Sequence record: NC_054929.1
DNA: 64,000 nt
Reading direction: 5' to 3' (one strand)
DNA from: Escherichia phage PE37
The notes beneath the pieces were generated by a model, which was not told where the DNA came from, ran no database searches, and worked only from the letters and a program-made list of their open reading frames with translations. Position numbers and translations under genes: made by a program. Shown piece after piece: positions 47,698-60,350 of the stretch (the first letter of the stretch is position 1; the number at the start of each line of letters is the position of its first letter).

Positions 47698-48702
47698 TTA
47701 AAATGTAAACAGAATATTGATTTCTTCTGTCTGATCCATTGCCATAATAATAGGTGGCCTATTTTCCATATAAATCATTTCACCCGAATGCCTCATTAAA
47801 TCTTCAGGATCATAATAATCCTTTTCAGCTTTAACGTTTGGATCATTTGGATGAACTTTAGCTTCAAGAGGATTTGTAATTATCGATATTTGTCTAAATC
47901 CTTTATTTCCCGGCAATGCAGCTTCAGGAAAATAAACTGAATCTAAATATGCTTTAAAACGAATTGTATTAGCTTTAACACGATAAATTAACCCAAAATC
48001 ATCTTGCTGCCAAGTGAGATTATCTTCATACCCCCATCTAGTCGGGTCTTCTTTTAATTCCTCAGGCCAAGGAACTACAATATACTCATTCGTGCATCTA
48101 TTTATAGATACATCAGGCGGAATCTCAAAAAGATATTCCCATACATATCCATCGCCGGGTTCAATTGTTCCTTCAGCATCTCCTCGGCCTTCAGGAGGAG
48201 TCATTGACCTAGCAGAAGGAGTCCATTTTCCACCTAATTTAAGGCATTCATCCTTATCAGTTAAAGATGCTATTGAGCACATTCCAGTATCAGGAACATC
48301 TAAACAGCGATACACTAACCATCCCGCGCCTGATTCAGTAGCGTTGTAAGGAGCTGAGTTGCACACTACAATATCGTTAATTCTAAATGTGTATGGATCT
48401 GGATATCTAGTATCTCCCCAATCTCGACGAGGAATAACTGCATCAAGCATAGATGGAAGAACTTTTACTGTTCCCATCATATGAGTCCACATGTCAGTTA
48501 CACCTAATACAGAATCGGTAGGATAAGGTGGGGCAAAGCCCACCTCATTTTCATTTGATGACCACGGTTCTGATCTTCCAAATGTGATAAAGATAGTGTT
48601 TTTATCCGGACCACTTCCAATTGAATTATAAAAATTCAACATTTTTTCTGTTCTAAATTTTGAAGTAACTATCGCACGATAGATAACACTTGAATCATTC
48701 AT
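47698..48702 (-). CDS. 8: baseplate wedge subunit
   Basis: 334 aa; synteny. Confidence 0.8.
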   Translation of the reverse strand: MNDSSVIYRAIVTSKFRTEKMLNFYNSIGSGPDKNTIFITFGRSEPWSSNENEVGFAPPYPTDSVLGVTDMWTHMMGTVKVLPSMLDAVIPRRDWGDTRYPDPYTFRINDIVVCNSAPYNATESGAGWLVYRCLDVPDTGMCSIASLTDKDECLKLGGKWTPSARSMTPPEGRGDAEGTIEPGDGYVWEYLFEIPPDVSINRCTNEYIVVPWPEELKEDPTRWGYEDNLTWQQDDFGLIYRVKANTIRFKAYLDSVYFPEAALPGNKGFRQISIITNPLEAKVHPNDPNVKAEKDYYDPEDLMRHSGEMIYMENRPPIIMAMDQTEEINILFTF

Positions 48703-51700
48703 CTATTTTAACCTGTGTTGGATTTTCAGGGTCTCTTGGATTTCCTATATTATCTTTTAGACGTTTATTAACTAAATCTCTAAATTGTGCAAATGTTGTT
48801 CCAGATGCATCAAATAAAGGACTCATTAATTTACGTCGTTCAGACGGCAATTGACCTTGAAATATTGAATTGTTATTTTCAGCATTATAGTCATCAGGAA
48901 GAGGATATTCTACACCAGCCATTGGGCCAGGCTCATAAATTGCTTCGCCTGTTACCGAATCATGCTCAATTTCACCAGTTGGAGTCAATTTAGCTACTCT
49001 ATCAGCATATTCAGTAGGCAATCCAGAATCCCATTTATAGTTTTTGTATTTATTAATTATAGTCTCTGTGTGTTTAAGAGTTAAACCAACATTAATAAAC
49101 ATCGTTAAAAGTGTAATTGCTATAAATCCAAATCCTACTGGATGAACAAAACGAATAACGTCAGATTTCCAACGAGAAGAAGGTAAATTGGATTTAATTT
49201 TCATTACATAATATGATCGACTTCTATTAATATAGTCTATATTATTTTGAAGCAAATCCTTTCCTTTAACCCCACGAATAATTTCGCCTTCAAAACCTGG
49301 AAGTCTTTCTGCTTTAACTTCTTGTCCTGCTATTAAACGCCCCAAAAGATTATGTATAGTCACGGTCCATTGCAATTTACCATTAGAATAGCTTCTTTCT
49401 ATATAAGTAACATTACATCTTCCTGTAGCTGTATAAATCGTTTGTCCTACTAAATCTTCTGTAAGAGAATCAGATTGAATGATTACATCATATTCAGTAC
49501 CTGCTCCCGATTCAATTTCAATTTCAACTTCTTCATTATAAAGAACTTTAAAAAGAAATTTATATGATGCTTCAATTCCTTTAGTAGAATAAAAATCATA
49601 GCTACGTGATTCAAAAAATCTTGCAACAGCATCACGTTTGTCAGCATTTAAATAAATGTTTCTTTTATATATTTCTGACCATAAATATTCCCACGCATGC
49701 TCTTCTCGCGGATATTGGTTACGAATTAAATTTCGTAAATTGTTATACTGAGTTCCATATCCGTCAGAAAGATATTGAATATATGCTTCACAAAATGCCT
49801 CAAAATTAGAATCTTGTAACAAATAAGAATCAGGCATCATTGTGCCAATCAATGGTCTTAAATCAGGGTCAGCTAATCCATGTTCTTCTTCTGGTGACCA
49901 AGGAGTTTCGCGCTCTTGGTTTTGTAAAAATGCTTTTAAAAATACTTCAGTTGGCTTCCAAATAATTTCTACTGTATCTCTCACACGATAGTTAAAATCA
50001 TAATAAGAAATTATTTCGCCAGAAGATTTGTAGAAAAGCATCCCAGATGCATATTTTTTAAATCCGGTGAATTTAACATTTGGCATTACTATAGTGCAAT
50101 CGCCATCATCCCAGTATTCATGAACTAATCTATCTGGTGATGTTTCCGGAATATTTTCTATAACTTTAGTGTATTTTAAATCAGCATAAACTACTACAGC
50201 TTTATCAGAGTTGTTTATCCAACAACGAGTGTTAGATTTTTTAGACCAATTAAAGAACGGTTCTGCATAGTATTTCATCGGTTGAGGAGTAAAAGTCTCC
50301 CAATCAGATTTTTCATCCGCTATAAACGCCATCATATGATAATGTTTATCAGCTAACCATTCGCGAGGAAATTCATATTTAACAGCACCGATTAACTGGT
50401 ATTTTACAGCAGTTTTAGGGTCATTAACAACGTTATCACTTAAAAATTTAAAATTACTCGAAGACAGAGAAACTAATTTACCATCAGTTGACATGTTTGC
50501 GTATCCAGGTTGAATACGTCTTCTTTCTTCTTCGGTATTACCGAAAACTCTTTTCCATGTTTTCGTGTCTTGATTTAAAACATATATTCCTTTATCAGCG
50601 GAATCAATTATTTTTGATGTTCTAGGATTAGCATTTAATGTTTCAACTTCACCAATAATAAGAGCAAAAACTTTATCACCGATAGAATCCATTTTATAGC
50701 ATACAGCTTTAGGATTTCCAGTTATAGTCATTGTATCAGGTTCAAAAAGTCTTTCCGAGTATGTTGGTGATAACGGGTCAGAATCTATAGGTGCATTACT
50801 CGTTTTTATATATCTAACTTTATCTCTGGCAACAACATAGATATAATCATCCGTACAAGTAATGGCTTCAGCTATACGATATACATTCGCTGGTAAAGTC
50901 GCATAAGTAGCGAAGATTTCAACATCGAATCCTAAATGAAGTTGGTCTCCTAATTTAGCAAATGTTATATCCTGCGAACTGAATCTGACATCATCTGCTG
51001 ACCATCTAACATCAGTAGATTTGCGACCATAGAAAATCTTGTCGTATCCTAGAACGTATGTTGTGTTTGCAGATTGGTAATATACAGTCTTAGATAAAGG
51101 ATATCCTACACGGTCATTGAAGAGCTTTACAGCTTTCCAAGTTTGTCCTTTATCATTTGATACTTTAACTACGGGTTGATAGCGCTCAAAAAGATATAGA
51201 ATCCCTTCTGATTCCATCAAATAAACTCGGTTAATATCCTTACATACTTGCTGAATAGAACCTTGTATTTCATGATACTCGTTTTCACCAATAATAAAAT
51301 TACTGATTGATGAGACATCAGCATACGATGGGCTGAACTGAAATGATTCATTCATTAACGCAGCCATTATTGTGTCATTATTGAAATTGACATAATTAGA
51401 ATTATTAAGAGTGAACTTTTCCTGAATGAATTTATTAGCTAATTGCATTTCAATCATATTTTGAAATGTGTAAGCATTCGTAGCAAAAGTTTCAAACTCT
51501 TCGGTATAAATCCAATCAGACTGCTCAAAATCTTGCGCAGCCGTAGATACTCTAATAACATATGATGTCAGTGGATCAGCATCATCAAAAAAGAAACTAT
51601 TATTTGCTGTATATCCTAAATTAATCCAACGATATTGATTACTCGGGAGATTTTCCCCCGAGTTTGTTTTTGTCTCAGCGATTTCTACAAAATAGTAGAA

Positions 51701-51793
51701 ATTAGCACCAACGTCATCCCAGCGTACTTGCACCTGATTTGCGGATAACTTGGAAATTCTGAGACTAGTGACTGAAGGTGCTTTTACTGTCAT
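48695..51793 (-). CDS. 7: baseplate wedge initiator
   Basis: 1032 aa; synteny. Confidence 0.85.
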   Translation of the reverse strand: MTVKAPSVTSLRISKLSANQVQVRWDDVGANFYYFVEIAETKTNSGENLPSNQYRWINLGYTANNSFFFDDADPLTSYVIRVSTAAQDFEQSDWIYTEEFETFATNAYTFQNMIEMQLANKFIQEKFTLNNSNYVNFNNDTIMAALMNESFQFSPSYADVSSISNFIIGENEYHEIQGSIQQVCKDINRVYLMESEGILYLFERYQPVVKVSNDKGQTWKAVKLFNDRVGYPLSKTVYYQSANTTYVLGYDKIFYGRKSTDVRWSADDVRFSSQDITFAKLGDQLHLGFDVEIFATYATLPANVYRIAEAITCTDDYIYVVARDKVRYIKTSNAPIDSDPLSPTYSERLFEPDTMTITGNPKAVCYKMDSIGDKVFALIIGEVETLNANPRTSKIIDSADKGIYVLNQDTKTWKRVFGNTEEERRRIQPGYANMSTDGKLVSLSSSNFKFLSDNVVNDPKTAVKYQLIGAVKYEFPREWLADKHYHMMAFIADEKSDWETFTPQPMKYYAEPFFNWSKKSNTRCWINNSDKAVVVYADLKYTKVIENIPETSPDRLVHEYWDDGDCTIVMPNVKFTGFKKYASGMLFYKSSGEIISYYDFNYRVRDTVEIIWKPTEVFLKAFLQNQERETPWSPEEEHGLADPDLRPLIGTMMPDSYLLQDSNFEAFCEAYIQYLSDGYGTQYNNLRNLIRNQYPREEHAWEYLWSEIYKRNIYLNADKRDAVARFFESRSYDFYSTKGIEASYKFLFKVLYNEEVEIEIESGAGTEYDVIIQSDSLTEDLVGQTIYTATGRCNVTYIERSYSNGKLQWTVTIHNLLGRLIAGQEVKAERLPGFEGEIIRGVKGKDLLQNNIDYINRSRSYYVMKIKSNLPSSRWKSDVIRFVHPVGFGFIAITLLTMFINVGLTLKHTETIINKYKNYKWDSGLPTEYADRVAKLTPTGEIEHDSVTGEAIYEPGPMAGVEYPLPDDYNAENNNSIFQGQLPSERRKLMSPLFDASGTTFAQFRDLVNKRLKDNIGNPRDPENPTQVKIDE

Positions 51794-53772
51794 TGTGATA
51801 TAGGCTCCAAATCGATAGTTAAGTATTGTGGACGTAAGTCATTTTCAAATACAATCAGTGAACCATCGCGAGTAAAGATAACATCATCGGTTGGGTCAGA
51901 ATATAATTCAATAGTCTGAACTTCAAATTTTTCAGATGTTAAATTAATTTTAGCGATATTCCAATAAATCATGTCAGCTGGATAATTTATTTCACCGATA
52001 ACATAGTATTTGTCGCGTCCATCAGAATTTGCTAATTTGTTAAAATCGTTGCCTGTATACGGCTGAATGTTTTCATTTTCTGTAACATCGCCAGAAGCAA
52101 ATGGACCAATAATAACTTTACCAATTCCTTTAGAATCTCGGTCTGTTGATACTATACGAACGTCATATAATACATCTTCTTCTAAACCAGTATCAGGATT
52201 TACAACCTTTCGTCCAGAATTAAATGAAAACGTATTAGATTCCATAGAACGGTCTTTTATTTGATTATTGTATTTAATACCTGCTTCAGGAGTTTTATAG
52301 AAGTTTTGTACTTCACGAACAATTTGAATTGTCGCTGATGAACCAATGATAGAATGATCTGCATCATCTACATATGTCAACATCTTAGACTTGGCAAAAG
52401 ACGAGTTAAAAATTTCTACATCTTCGGTATAATAACGATCAATTTTATCAATTATTTGACCTTCGAGCCACTGTTCGGATTCTTGCAGCTTATTTAAAGC
52501 ATATGTGACTTTTAAATTAGTCTTAATAAAAAGATAATTAGGAGAAATAATTGATGGCGTAATAGGAGCTAAATTATAGTCTTTGAGATAATTTTTAATA
52601 TCTTCACGTTGTACAGTAGTTAAATACAATCCTGATTTAGGTTTAGCAGCAATAAATGCATAACCAGGTTTAGTAGAATCAGTGAAAGTCTGAACGGCTT
52701 GAATAATAGAACCAAATCTTTCTGAGACAAATGTATCATAATCTGTCGCAGTTACACATCGCTGCTGAGTTTCACGCTTAATAGTACCCAATTCACGAAT
52801 ACGTTCAATATCTTCTGGATCACCGCCGCCATCTGCTCCGACAAAATCTGGGTCGTCGTTTGGATTTTCATTAATATTGATGACAGTTATATTTGTTAAT
52901 GTATCTGCATATGAAAATCCGACTGCGCCATTCGCATCTGCACCGTTAGTACTGATGTACTCAATAACAATCGTAGAGTTCTGGGTAGGTTTAAGACCTC
53001 CGATATAATTAGCGGTCAAAGCTCCTTCAGAAGCATTAACAGAAATTTCACCTTCGCCAAAATAAAATTCAGTATTTCCATCAATAGTTTCACGCATGTA
53101 GTAAATTGTTGATGTAGAACCAGCATGAACCATTGACTTTCTTGTCCAGTTAATCCATTCTGCTCCATCAACATACAGCTTAACTTGGTTTCTATCAATA
53201 TTTTTATCATAAATGATAATAGGTGTTAATTTATCATAAATGATTTCAGTTCTTACTATACGTCCCTGGGCCAATTTTAAACGTGGAAAATATTGGTTAT
53301 TTTTATCACGAATAGCAATAACGTCTTCGGTAGAAACGAAGTTATATGGATTAACAGAAGTATCTTTTGCATATGCTAAAAAGCGAGTTCCGCGAGGAAT
53401 AGTAATGTAATTCCTATTCAATGCGTCGGTGCATGTTAACATAATTTCGGTCTGCGCAGCGGATTTTGAAGTAGGTAAATATCCGTTATCTTGTGCAGCT
53501 TGAACAACTGAACTTCGTAAGTTAGCAGTACGCATAAAGCTTTCATACACAGCAGCATTACCAAACTGCTGAATGTACAATGTATTATAAGCCAAAAGGT
53601 CACACAGAACGTTTAATCTTGAGCCTTCAAAATCATAATCCAAAAATTCATTTTGGCCATTAAGCCATTCAATGAGGTTTTGTTTTATTTCAGCAAACGT
53701 ACCCCCGACGAATATCTCGGGAATAGCATTTGCTGTTCTTGTTAATTGATAATTTACAGGGGTATTTGCCAT
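51790..53772 (-). CDS. 6: baseplate wedge subunit
   Basis: 660 aa; ATGA overlap with gene 7. Confidence 0.85.
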   Translation of the reverse strand: MANTPVNYQLTRTANAIPEIFVGGTFAEIKQNLIEWLNGQNEFLDYDFEGSRLNVLCDLLAYNTLYIQQFGNAAVYESFMRTANLRSSVVQAAQDNGYLPTSKSAAQTEIMLTCTDALNRNYITIPRGTRFLAYAKDTSVNPYNFVSTEDVIAIRDKNNQYFPRLKLAQGRIVRTEIIYDKLTPIIIYDKNIDRNQVKLYVDGAEWINWTRKSMVHAGSTSTIYYMRETIDGNTEFYFGEGEISVNASEGALTANYIGGLKPTQNSTIVIEYISTNGADANGAVGFSYADTLTNITVININENPNDDPDFVGADGGGDPEDIERIRELGTIKRETQQRCVTATDYDTFVSERFGSIIQAVQTFTDSTKPGYAFIAAKPKSGLYLTTVQREDIKNYLKDYNLAPITPSIISPNYLFIKTNLKVTYALNKLQESEQWLEGQIIDKIDRYYTEDVEIFNSSFAKSKMLTYVDDADHSIIGSSATIQIVREVQNFYKTPEAGIKYNNQIKDRSMESNTFSFNSGRKVVNPDTGLEEDVLYDVRIVSTDRDSKGIGKVIIGPFASGDVTENENIQPYTGNDFNKLANSDGRDKYYVIGEINYPADMIYWNIAKINLTSEKFEVQTIELYSDPTDDVIFTRDGSLIVFENDLRPQYLTIDLEPISQ

Positions 53773-53780
53773 TTTAAATC

Positions 53781-54074
53781 CTATTTAATGAATACTTTAG
53801 ATGATGCCTGAGCCACAGTATCACCGCATGATATTGGATCAGCCATTTGAACAGCTTTCTTTCCAGTGACATATACCTTAGAAGTTCTAGGTTGTGTCAC
53901 TCCGCCATGTGTTTCATATGGCTTTTTAATTTCTGTATGTTCTGTAATTGGATCGCCTGCTACTAGAACAGCAATTCCTCCAGTGAATACTTTACTTTGT
54001 GTAGCATTCACAACTGTTGGAGGCCACGCTTCATGGCCAGCAGTAACACACTTATCATAACTTAATCCTGACAT
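53781..54074 (-). CDS. 5.4: PAAR-repeat spike-tip protein
   Basis: 97 aa; Gly/Val-rich repeats; position downstream of gene 5. Confidence 0.8.
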
Positions 54075-54629
54075 TTATGGCCTCTCATACACGTAGCTTC
54101 TCAGTTTATTAGCCCAACGACTCCAATTTCCAACTATAGTTTTAGTATAATTTTTAACGAGAGTTTTTCTTACTGGAGCAGGAGGATCTGTTGGTTCAGT
54201 AGTATCAGAAGATGACCTAGAATTACTGCCAGAACCCCCAGATTCACTTTGTTCTTGGTAGTCATATATTAATGTTACTTCATAAGTGAATGTCTTCTGG
54301 AGATTTTGAGGAGCTTTCCACAAATACAACTGAGTATCAGAATCAGTAGGAAGTTCTTCCCATGAAGCAGCAGTTTTAAATTCATCGCCTAAACGATATT
54401 TCAACGCGTCATTTCCGAAACCAAATACAGATTCATATGTTCCATATAAACGATTTTCTTCTACTAAAACCCCAGGAGTTTCTTCGTAACTAGTTATATT
54501 TATAGATACTAACGTTTCACCCGTTTCTAATTGAGCGGTAAAGGTGACGTCGATAGAAGAACCTTCCATGGATTCTCCTAAATCAGCGCTCATTGGAAGT
54601 ATATTAGCCAATGTCAATCCTCGATCCAT
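54075..54629 (-). CDS. hypothetical protein (gp5.1-like by position)
   Basis: Track start 54632 is TTG; ATG at 54629; overlaps gene 5 3' end. Confidence 0.6.
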
Positions 54630-56331
54630 CAATTGTGTATTGACCAGATGAAATAGAACTCATGGATGCCATTTTTTCTGTCCAATCACCACCGACATCC
54701 CAATCAACTGTCCCGGCAACTTTCCAAGAAAGATTTCCATTTACTGTGTTAGTTTGATTTCCTTCAACTAAAGTGGTAGCATCTCCTTTAACTGTAATGT
54801 CAGCATTGCCTTCAACTACAATAGTAACATTACCTTTGACTAGGATAGTTCCATTACCTTCAACCGTCTTAGTTTCATCGCCACGTACAAATATTGTATT
54901 GCTTCCATCTATTTGGTGAAGACGATTATCCATGTTGTAATAAATTTCTGATCCACCGACGTTAGTCTTTTTATCACCGGCTACCAAAAAATTACCATCA
55001 GCGTTGGTTATATCATACAAATTATCAACAGTTTTTCTTGTTCTTCTCCCTGACGGTGATACTTCTTCATAAGTTCCAGTTGGATGAACTAATCTATATC
55101 GTTCTTGCCCAGGGGTATCATCAAATTCCTGAATATGTCCACTTTCAGTTTCCATTGTATGCACATAAGGATATTCGCCTTTATATGAAGAAACAGGTTC
55201 TTTAAATAAAATTCTTGAATCATTCGGAATAGGAGGGTCAGCAGGGTCAGAAGATTTAGCTACAGTCGCAGCCATTGCCGATAAAGACCTAGCTGGAGTT
55301 TTCACTTCAACACCATATGATTCTAAATTCCCTGTAAGAATAATCATGGTAACACGGGATGCACGACCTTTTGTTTGTTGATACCACAATGAATCACGAC
55401 CGGCTTTATATGCTTTTTCCCAATCTCCTGCTAACATAGCAGTTAACATTGTGTTAAATTTAGCTACACCACCAACACCCATCTGAAATGCCATATTTTC
55501 TAATGCCATTTGACGAGAACGGTTGACAGCTTGCCAGACTGGTCCTACTTTAGAATGTGATTTAATGTCCCGTTGCATATCAGCCAAATCACGCTCAAAT
55601 AAAGTCGTCGCTTCTTCCATTGTAATAGAACCTGGGTTTCCAGTAATTTCACGACCAACTTGTTTTGATAAAACTTTATTAATTTGAGCCATATCACGAA
55701 CTGGCTGCTTCATGATAAGATGACCAATACCAATTGTCGGATATCCTTCGGTATCCCAATAAACTTTTAATCTTAATCCTTCATCACGGCGAAGCATTTC
55801 AGCCATTGACATATTTGGATTATCATCGGTTGGAATCTCTGATAGTGGTCTATCATCGGGATTTATTGCGGTGTCTAAGTTACTATCTTGAATAACGTTG
55901 GAAGAGGAATCATATCCTACTTCTCCACCTTGGTTTAGTACGTTAGTATCATTTCCTAAACGTCTAGGATACTGCCCAGTTGGGTCAGAAAATCCTTCAA
56001 GTCTATTCGGTTTTTCGCGAACTATTCCACCATACGTGCCAAGGACAATTCCGTTAGTTTTCCATTTGTCTAAAAAATGACCATAAACTCTAGTTCCTTC
56101 TACCGGTCCAGTAACAGAACCTCCAATTCCTGACATTGCTGCAGAAGTTATAGGTTGAATAACTGACATCCATGGTAATTTTTCAGTTGGAATACCCATT
56201 ACATCACCTTGTGCTCTTTGCGGTGGATGCAGGCCAACAACACGAACACGAACACGACCTAATTTTAATGGGTCCATTCTATCTTCAACAACACCAACAA
56301 ACCAATTAAGGTTATTACTTATCATTTCCAT
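54604..56331 (-). CDS. 5: baseplate central spike with tail lysozyme domain
   Basis: 575 aa; T4-lysozyme-like segment EGLRLKVYWDTEGYPTIGIGH; C-terminal beta-helix repeats. Confidence 0.92.
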   Translation of the reverse strand: MEMISNNLNWFVGVVEDRMDPLKLGRVRVRVVGLHPPQRAQGDVMGIPTEKLPWMSVIQPITSAAMSGIGGSVTGPVEGTRVYGHFLDKWKTNGIVLGTYGGIVREKPNRLEGFSDPTGQYPRRLGNDTNVLNQGGEVGYDSSSNVIQDSNLDTAINPDDRPLSEIPTDDNPNMSMAEMLRRDEGLRLKVYWDTEGYPTIGIGHLIMKQPVRDMAQINKVLSKQVGREITGNPGSITMEEATTLFERDLADMQRDIKSHSKVGPVWQAVNRSRQMALENMAFQMGVGGVAKFNTMLTAMLAGDWEKAYKAGRDSLWYQQTKGRASRVTMIILTGNLESYGVEVKTPARSLSAMAATVAKSSDPADPPIPNDSRILFKEPVSSYKGEYPYVHTMETESGHIQEFDDTPGQERYRLVHPTGTYEEVSPSGRRTRKTVDNLYDITNADGNFLVAGDKKTNVGGSEIYYNMDNRLHQIDGSNTIFVRGDETKTVEGNGTILVKGNVTIVVEGNADITVKGDATTLVEGNQTNTVNGNLSWKVAGTVDWDVGGDWTEKMASMSSISSGQYTIDGSRIDIG

Positions 56332-56905
56332 AAGATTTCTCCATTATACGTATAAGGTCGTTCATAAATGAATTGATGTCTGATTTTGCTATTATTTTTA
56401 TTTGACGAAGTTTTTCATTTTCAAGAACAGCAGCTTCATACGTATCGACCGCAGCAAGTGCTCCTTCATATTGAGGATATTTTCTAGCTTTATCGCCTTT
56501 ATCATACCAAACATATGGATTATCATCGTATGATACTAAATTATAAAATTTTTCACCGTTTTCATTCACATGATATACTATTTGGTCTCCACCTACGTTT
56601 TTGTATTTTTGTATAGATGCTTGATAAGCAGCTTCTTGCGAAGTAATCCATCCATAATATGGGTCATAACTATCATTACACATCAATAAAACCCAATACA
56701 ACTGTGGATTTCCATATATAGTATTTGCTAATTCTTCCGGGCGTGGTGAACCTTTAATATAATAAGTACGTAAGCGGTATCCCGCAAGAGCACGTTTGAA
56801 ATAGTCTTTATAGTTTCTAAAAATATCTGTCATAGGAATAGTCGGCGCGTTTTTATTCACCGTTTTGGCCGCATATTCAATCGGATCAAAAAATGTAAAG
56901 AGCAT
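56315..56905 (-). CDS. 53: baseplate wedge subunit
   Basis: 196 aa; late promoter at 56934-56941. Confidence 0.8.
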   Translation of the reverse strand: MLFTFFDPIEYAAKTVNKNAPTIPMTDIFRNYKDYFKRALAGYRLRTYYIKGSPRPEELANTIYGNPQLYWVLLMCNDSYDPYYGWITSQEAAYQASIQKYKNVGGDQIVYHVNENGEKFYNLVSYDDNPYVWYDKGDKARKYPQYEGALAAVDTYEAAVLENEKLRQIKIIAKSDINSFMNDLIRIMEKSYGNDK

Positions 56906-56918
56906 GGGCCCTCCTGTT

Positions 56919-56926
56919 TATAAATA
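56919..56926 (+). promoter_or_regulatory. late promoter TATAAATA (gene 4)
   Basis: exact 8-mer 27 nt upstream of gene 4 ATG. Confidence 0.7.
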
Positions 56927-56933
56927 TATTATC

Positions 56934-56941
56934 TATTTATA
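56934..56941 (-). promoter_or_regulatory. late promoter TATAAATA (gene 53)
   Basis: exact 8-mer on minus strand 29 nt upstream of gene 53 ATG; crosses the gene 4 promoter. Confidence 0.7.
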
Positions 56942-56952
56942 AGGAGAATCCA

Positions 56953-57405
56953 ATGGCATATTCTGGAAAATGGGTTCCTAAAAATATATCAAAGTATAGA
57001 GGTGACCCTAAAAAAATTACGTATAGATCAAATTGGGAAAAATTCTTTTTTGAATGGTTAGATAAAAATCCAGAAATTATTGCATGGGGTAGTGAAACAG
57101 CAGTAATTCCTTATTTTTGTAATGCAGAAGGGAAAAAACGTAGATACTTCATGGATATTTGGATGAAAGATTCTTCTGGACAAGAATTTTTTATTGAAAT
57201 AAAACCTAAAAAAGAAACACAACCACCAGTTAAACCAGCACATCTAACAACCGCAGCGAAGAAAAGATTTATGAATGAAATTTATACCTGGTCTGTGAAC
57301 ACTGATAAATGGAAAGCAGCACAATCTTTAGCTGAAAAGCGTGGAATAAAATTTAGAATTCTAACAGAAGATGGATTACGAGCTCTTGGCTTTAAGGGGG
57401 CATAA
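56953..57405 (+). CDS. 4: head completion protein
   Basis: 150 aa; AAGGAG RBS; late promoter at 56919-56926. Confidence 0.8.
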
Positions 57406-58229
57406 TGGCTATTTTTCAAATAATTAATGAAAGCACTCCCCAAGTTCCAAAGGTTAAGCAATCATTAAACGAAAAGAAATGGATTCAAATAGGTCTTGAA
57501 TATAAAAAGGCCAAAGCAAAAGGAATGACAGGAAAGCAATTTGCTGAAGAAAGAGGAATTAAATATTCTACGTTTACTTCGGCAATGTCAAAATATGCTT
57601 CAGGAATTAAAACGGCTGAAAAGATTCAAAAGCTTGAATCAAAACCAATGAATAAACTCAATAAGCAAGAAAGACAACTGCTTATGATAAATTCATTCAG
57701 GCAAACATTGCGTGATAAAATTCGTAATGAAGGTGCAGCAATTAATAATAAAACCAGAAAGTGGTTTGCTGAAACTATTAAGCAGGTAAAAGGACATAAA
57801 GTTGTTCGCCCGCAGCCGGGACGAATATATGCTTTTGCTTACGATGCTAAACACAAGGAAACTCTTCCTTACTGGGATAAATTTCCTTTGATAATTTACC
57901 TTGGTTTAGGTAAGCATAATTTAATGTACGGATTAAACTTGCACTATATTCCACCTAAAGCTCGTCAGCAATTTCTAGAAGAGCTTTTAAAGCAATATGC
58001 AAATACACCTACTATTACTAATAAAACGAAATTAAAAATTGATTGGAGTCAAGTGAAAGGATTTAGGGGTGCAGACCAAATGATTAAGGCATATATACCT
58101 GGTAATATTATGGGTAGCCTTGTTGAAATCGCCCCGAAAGACTGGGCGAACGTTGTGTTAATGCCACTTCAGCAGTTCGTTTCAAAAGGAAAACGTTTCT
58201 CTGCAAACAAAGTCTGGTCAAATATCTAA
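57405..58229 (+). CDS. 2: DNA end-protector protein
   Basis: 274 aa; TAATG overlap with gene 4. Confidence 0.8.
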
Positions 58230-58335
58230 TTCTATTATCTTCCATTCTTTTCTATTGTTTGTTCTAATTGGAATTGAATGGAAGGGACTTAGACCCATTA
58301 TACCACCAACATTTATGAAGCATTATGAGGAATAT

Positions 58336-58866
58336 ATGTCGCAAGCACTACAACAAATTTTTAACCAAGCAAATACAACTAACTTTGTAGTATCAATACC
58401 GCATAGTAATACTACATCTGCTTTTACTTTAAATGCTCAGTCAGTTCCTATTCCGGGAATTAGGATACCTGTTACTGATACCGTGACTGGGCCGTTTGGA
58501 CTAGGCCGAGCACAACGTCCAGGTGTTACATTTGAGTATGATCCACTCATTGTGAGATTTATAGTTGATGAAGAACTTAAGTCGTGGATAGGAATGTATG
58601 AATGGATGCTAGGAACTAGCAACTATCTTACAGGTGAAAATACTGCCCAAAAAACAGGTCCTGAGTACATTACGCTTTACATCTTAGATAATAGCAAAAC
58701 TGAAATCGTGATGTCAATAAATTTTTATAAGCCTTGGGTTTCTGACCTATCTGAAGTAGAATTTAGCTATACGGAAGATTCAGACCCGGCTTTAGTATGT
58801 ACTGCAACGATTCCTTACACCTATTTTCAAGTAGAAAAAGATGGAAAAATTATAGCAGAAGTTTAA
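58336..58866 (+). CDS. 3: tail completion / sheath stabiliser protein
   Basis: Track start 58255 is TTG; ATG at 58336 with GAGG RBS gives 176 aa. Confidence 0.8.
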   Translation: MSQALQQIFNQANTTNFVVSIPHSNTTSAFTLNAQSVPIPGIRIPVTDTVTGPFGLGRAQRPGVTFEYDPLIVRFIVDEELKSWIGMYEWMLGTSNYLTGENTAQKTGPEYITLYILDNSKTEIVMSINFYKPWVSDLSEVEFSYTEDSDPALVCTATIPYTYFQVEKDGKIIAEV

Positions 58867-58890
58867 TGCTTCAGTTTTGTGTGTTATAAT
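58867..58890 (+). promoter_or_regulatory. MotA-dependent middle promoter candidate (gene 1)
   Basis: MotA box TGCTTCA at 58867-58873, 11-nt spacer, TATAAT at 58885-58890. Confidence 0.5.
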
Positions 58891-58915
58891 CTTAATTAAA
58901 TTTGAGGAGAAACAC

Positions 58916-59640
58916 ATGAAACTAATCTTTTTAAGCGGTGTAAAGCGTAGTGGAAAAGATACTACTGCTGATTTTATCATGAGCAATTATTCTGCAGTTA
59001 AATACCAACTTGCTGGTCCTATTAAGGATGCATTGGCTTATGCATGGGGAGTATTTGCAGCAAACACTGACTATCCTTGCTTAACTCGTAAAGAGTTTGA
59101 AGGAATTGACTATGATCGTGAGACTAATTTAAATCTGACTAAATTAGAAGTAATCACGATTATGGAACAAGCATTTTGCTATCTTAATGGTAAAAGCCCA
59201 ATTAAGGGTGTGTTTGTTTTTGATGACGAAGGACAAGAATCAGTTAATTCCGTAGCATTTAACAAGATTATTGACGTTATAAATAATATTGAAGATCAAT
59301 GGTCAGTCCGTCGTCTGATGCAAGCCCTAGGTACGGATTTGATTGTTAATAACTTCGACCGCATGTACTGGGTAAAATTATTTGCTTTAGATTATCTTGA
59401 TAAATTTAACTCAGGTTATGATTATTATATCGTTCCTGATACTCGTCAAGATCATGAAATGGATGCGGCTAGGGCGATGGGTGCTACAGTAATTCATGTA
59501 GTTCGTCCTGGTCAAAAATCCAATGATACACATATTACAGAAGCTGGATTGCCAATTCGTGATGGCGATTTAGTAATTACAAACGATGGTTCTCTTGAAG
59601 AACTTTTTTCTAAAATTAAAAATACACTAAAGGTACTATA

Positions 59641-59641
<1 letters not shown>
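58916..59641 (+). CDS. 1: deoxynucleoside monophosphate kinase
   Basis: Track start 58877 is TTG; ATG at 58916 with GAGGAG RBS gives 241 aa; P-loop GVKRSGKDT. Confidence 0.85.
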
Positions 59642-60338
<697 letters not shown>

Positions 60339-60350
60339 TTTCATAAAGTT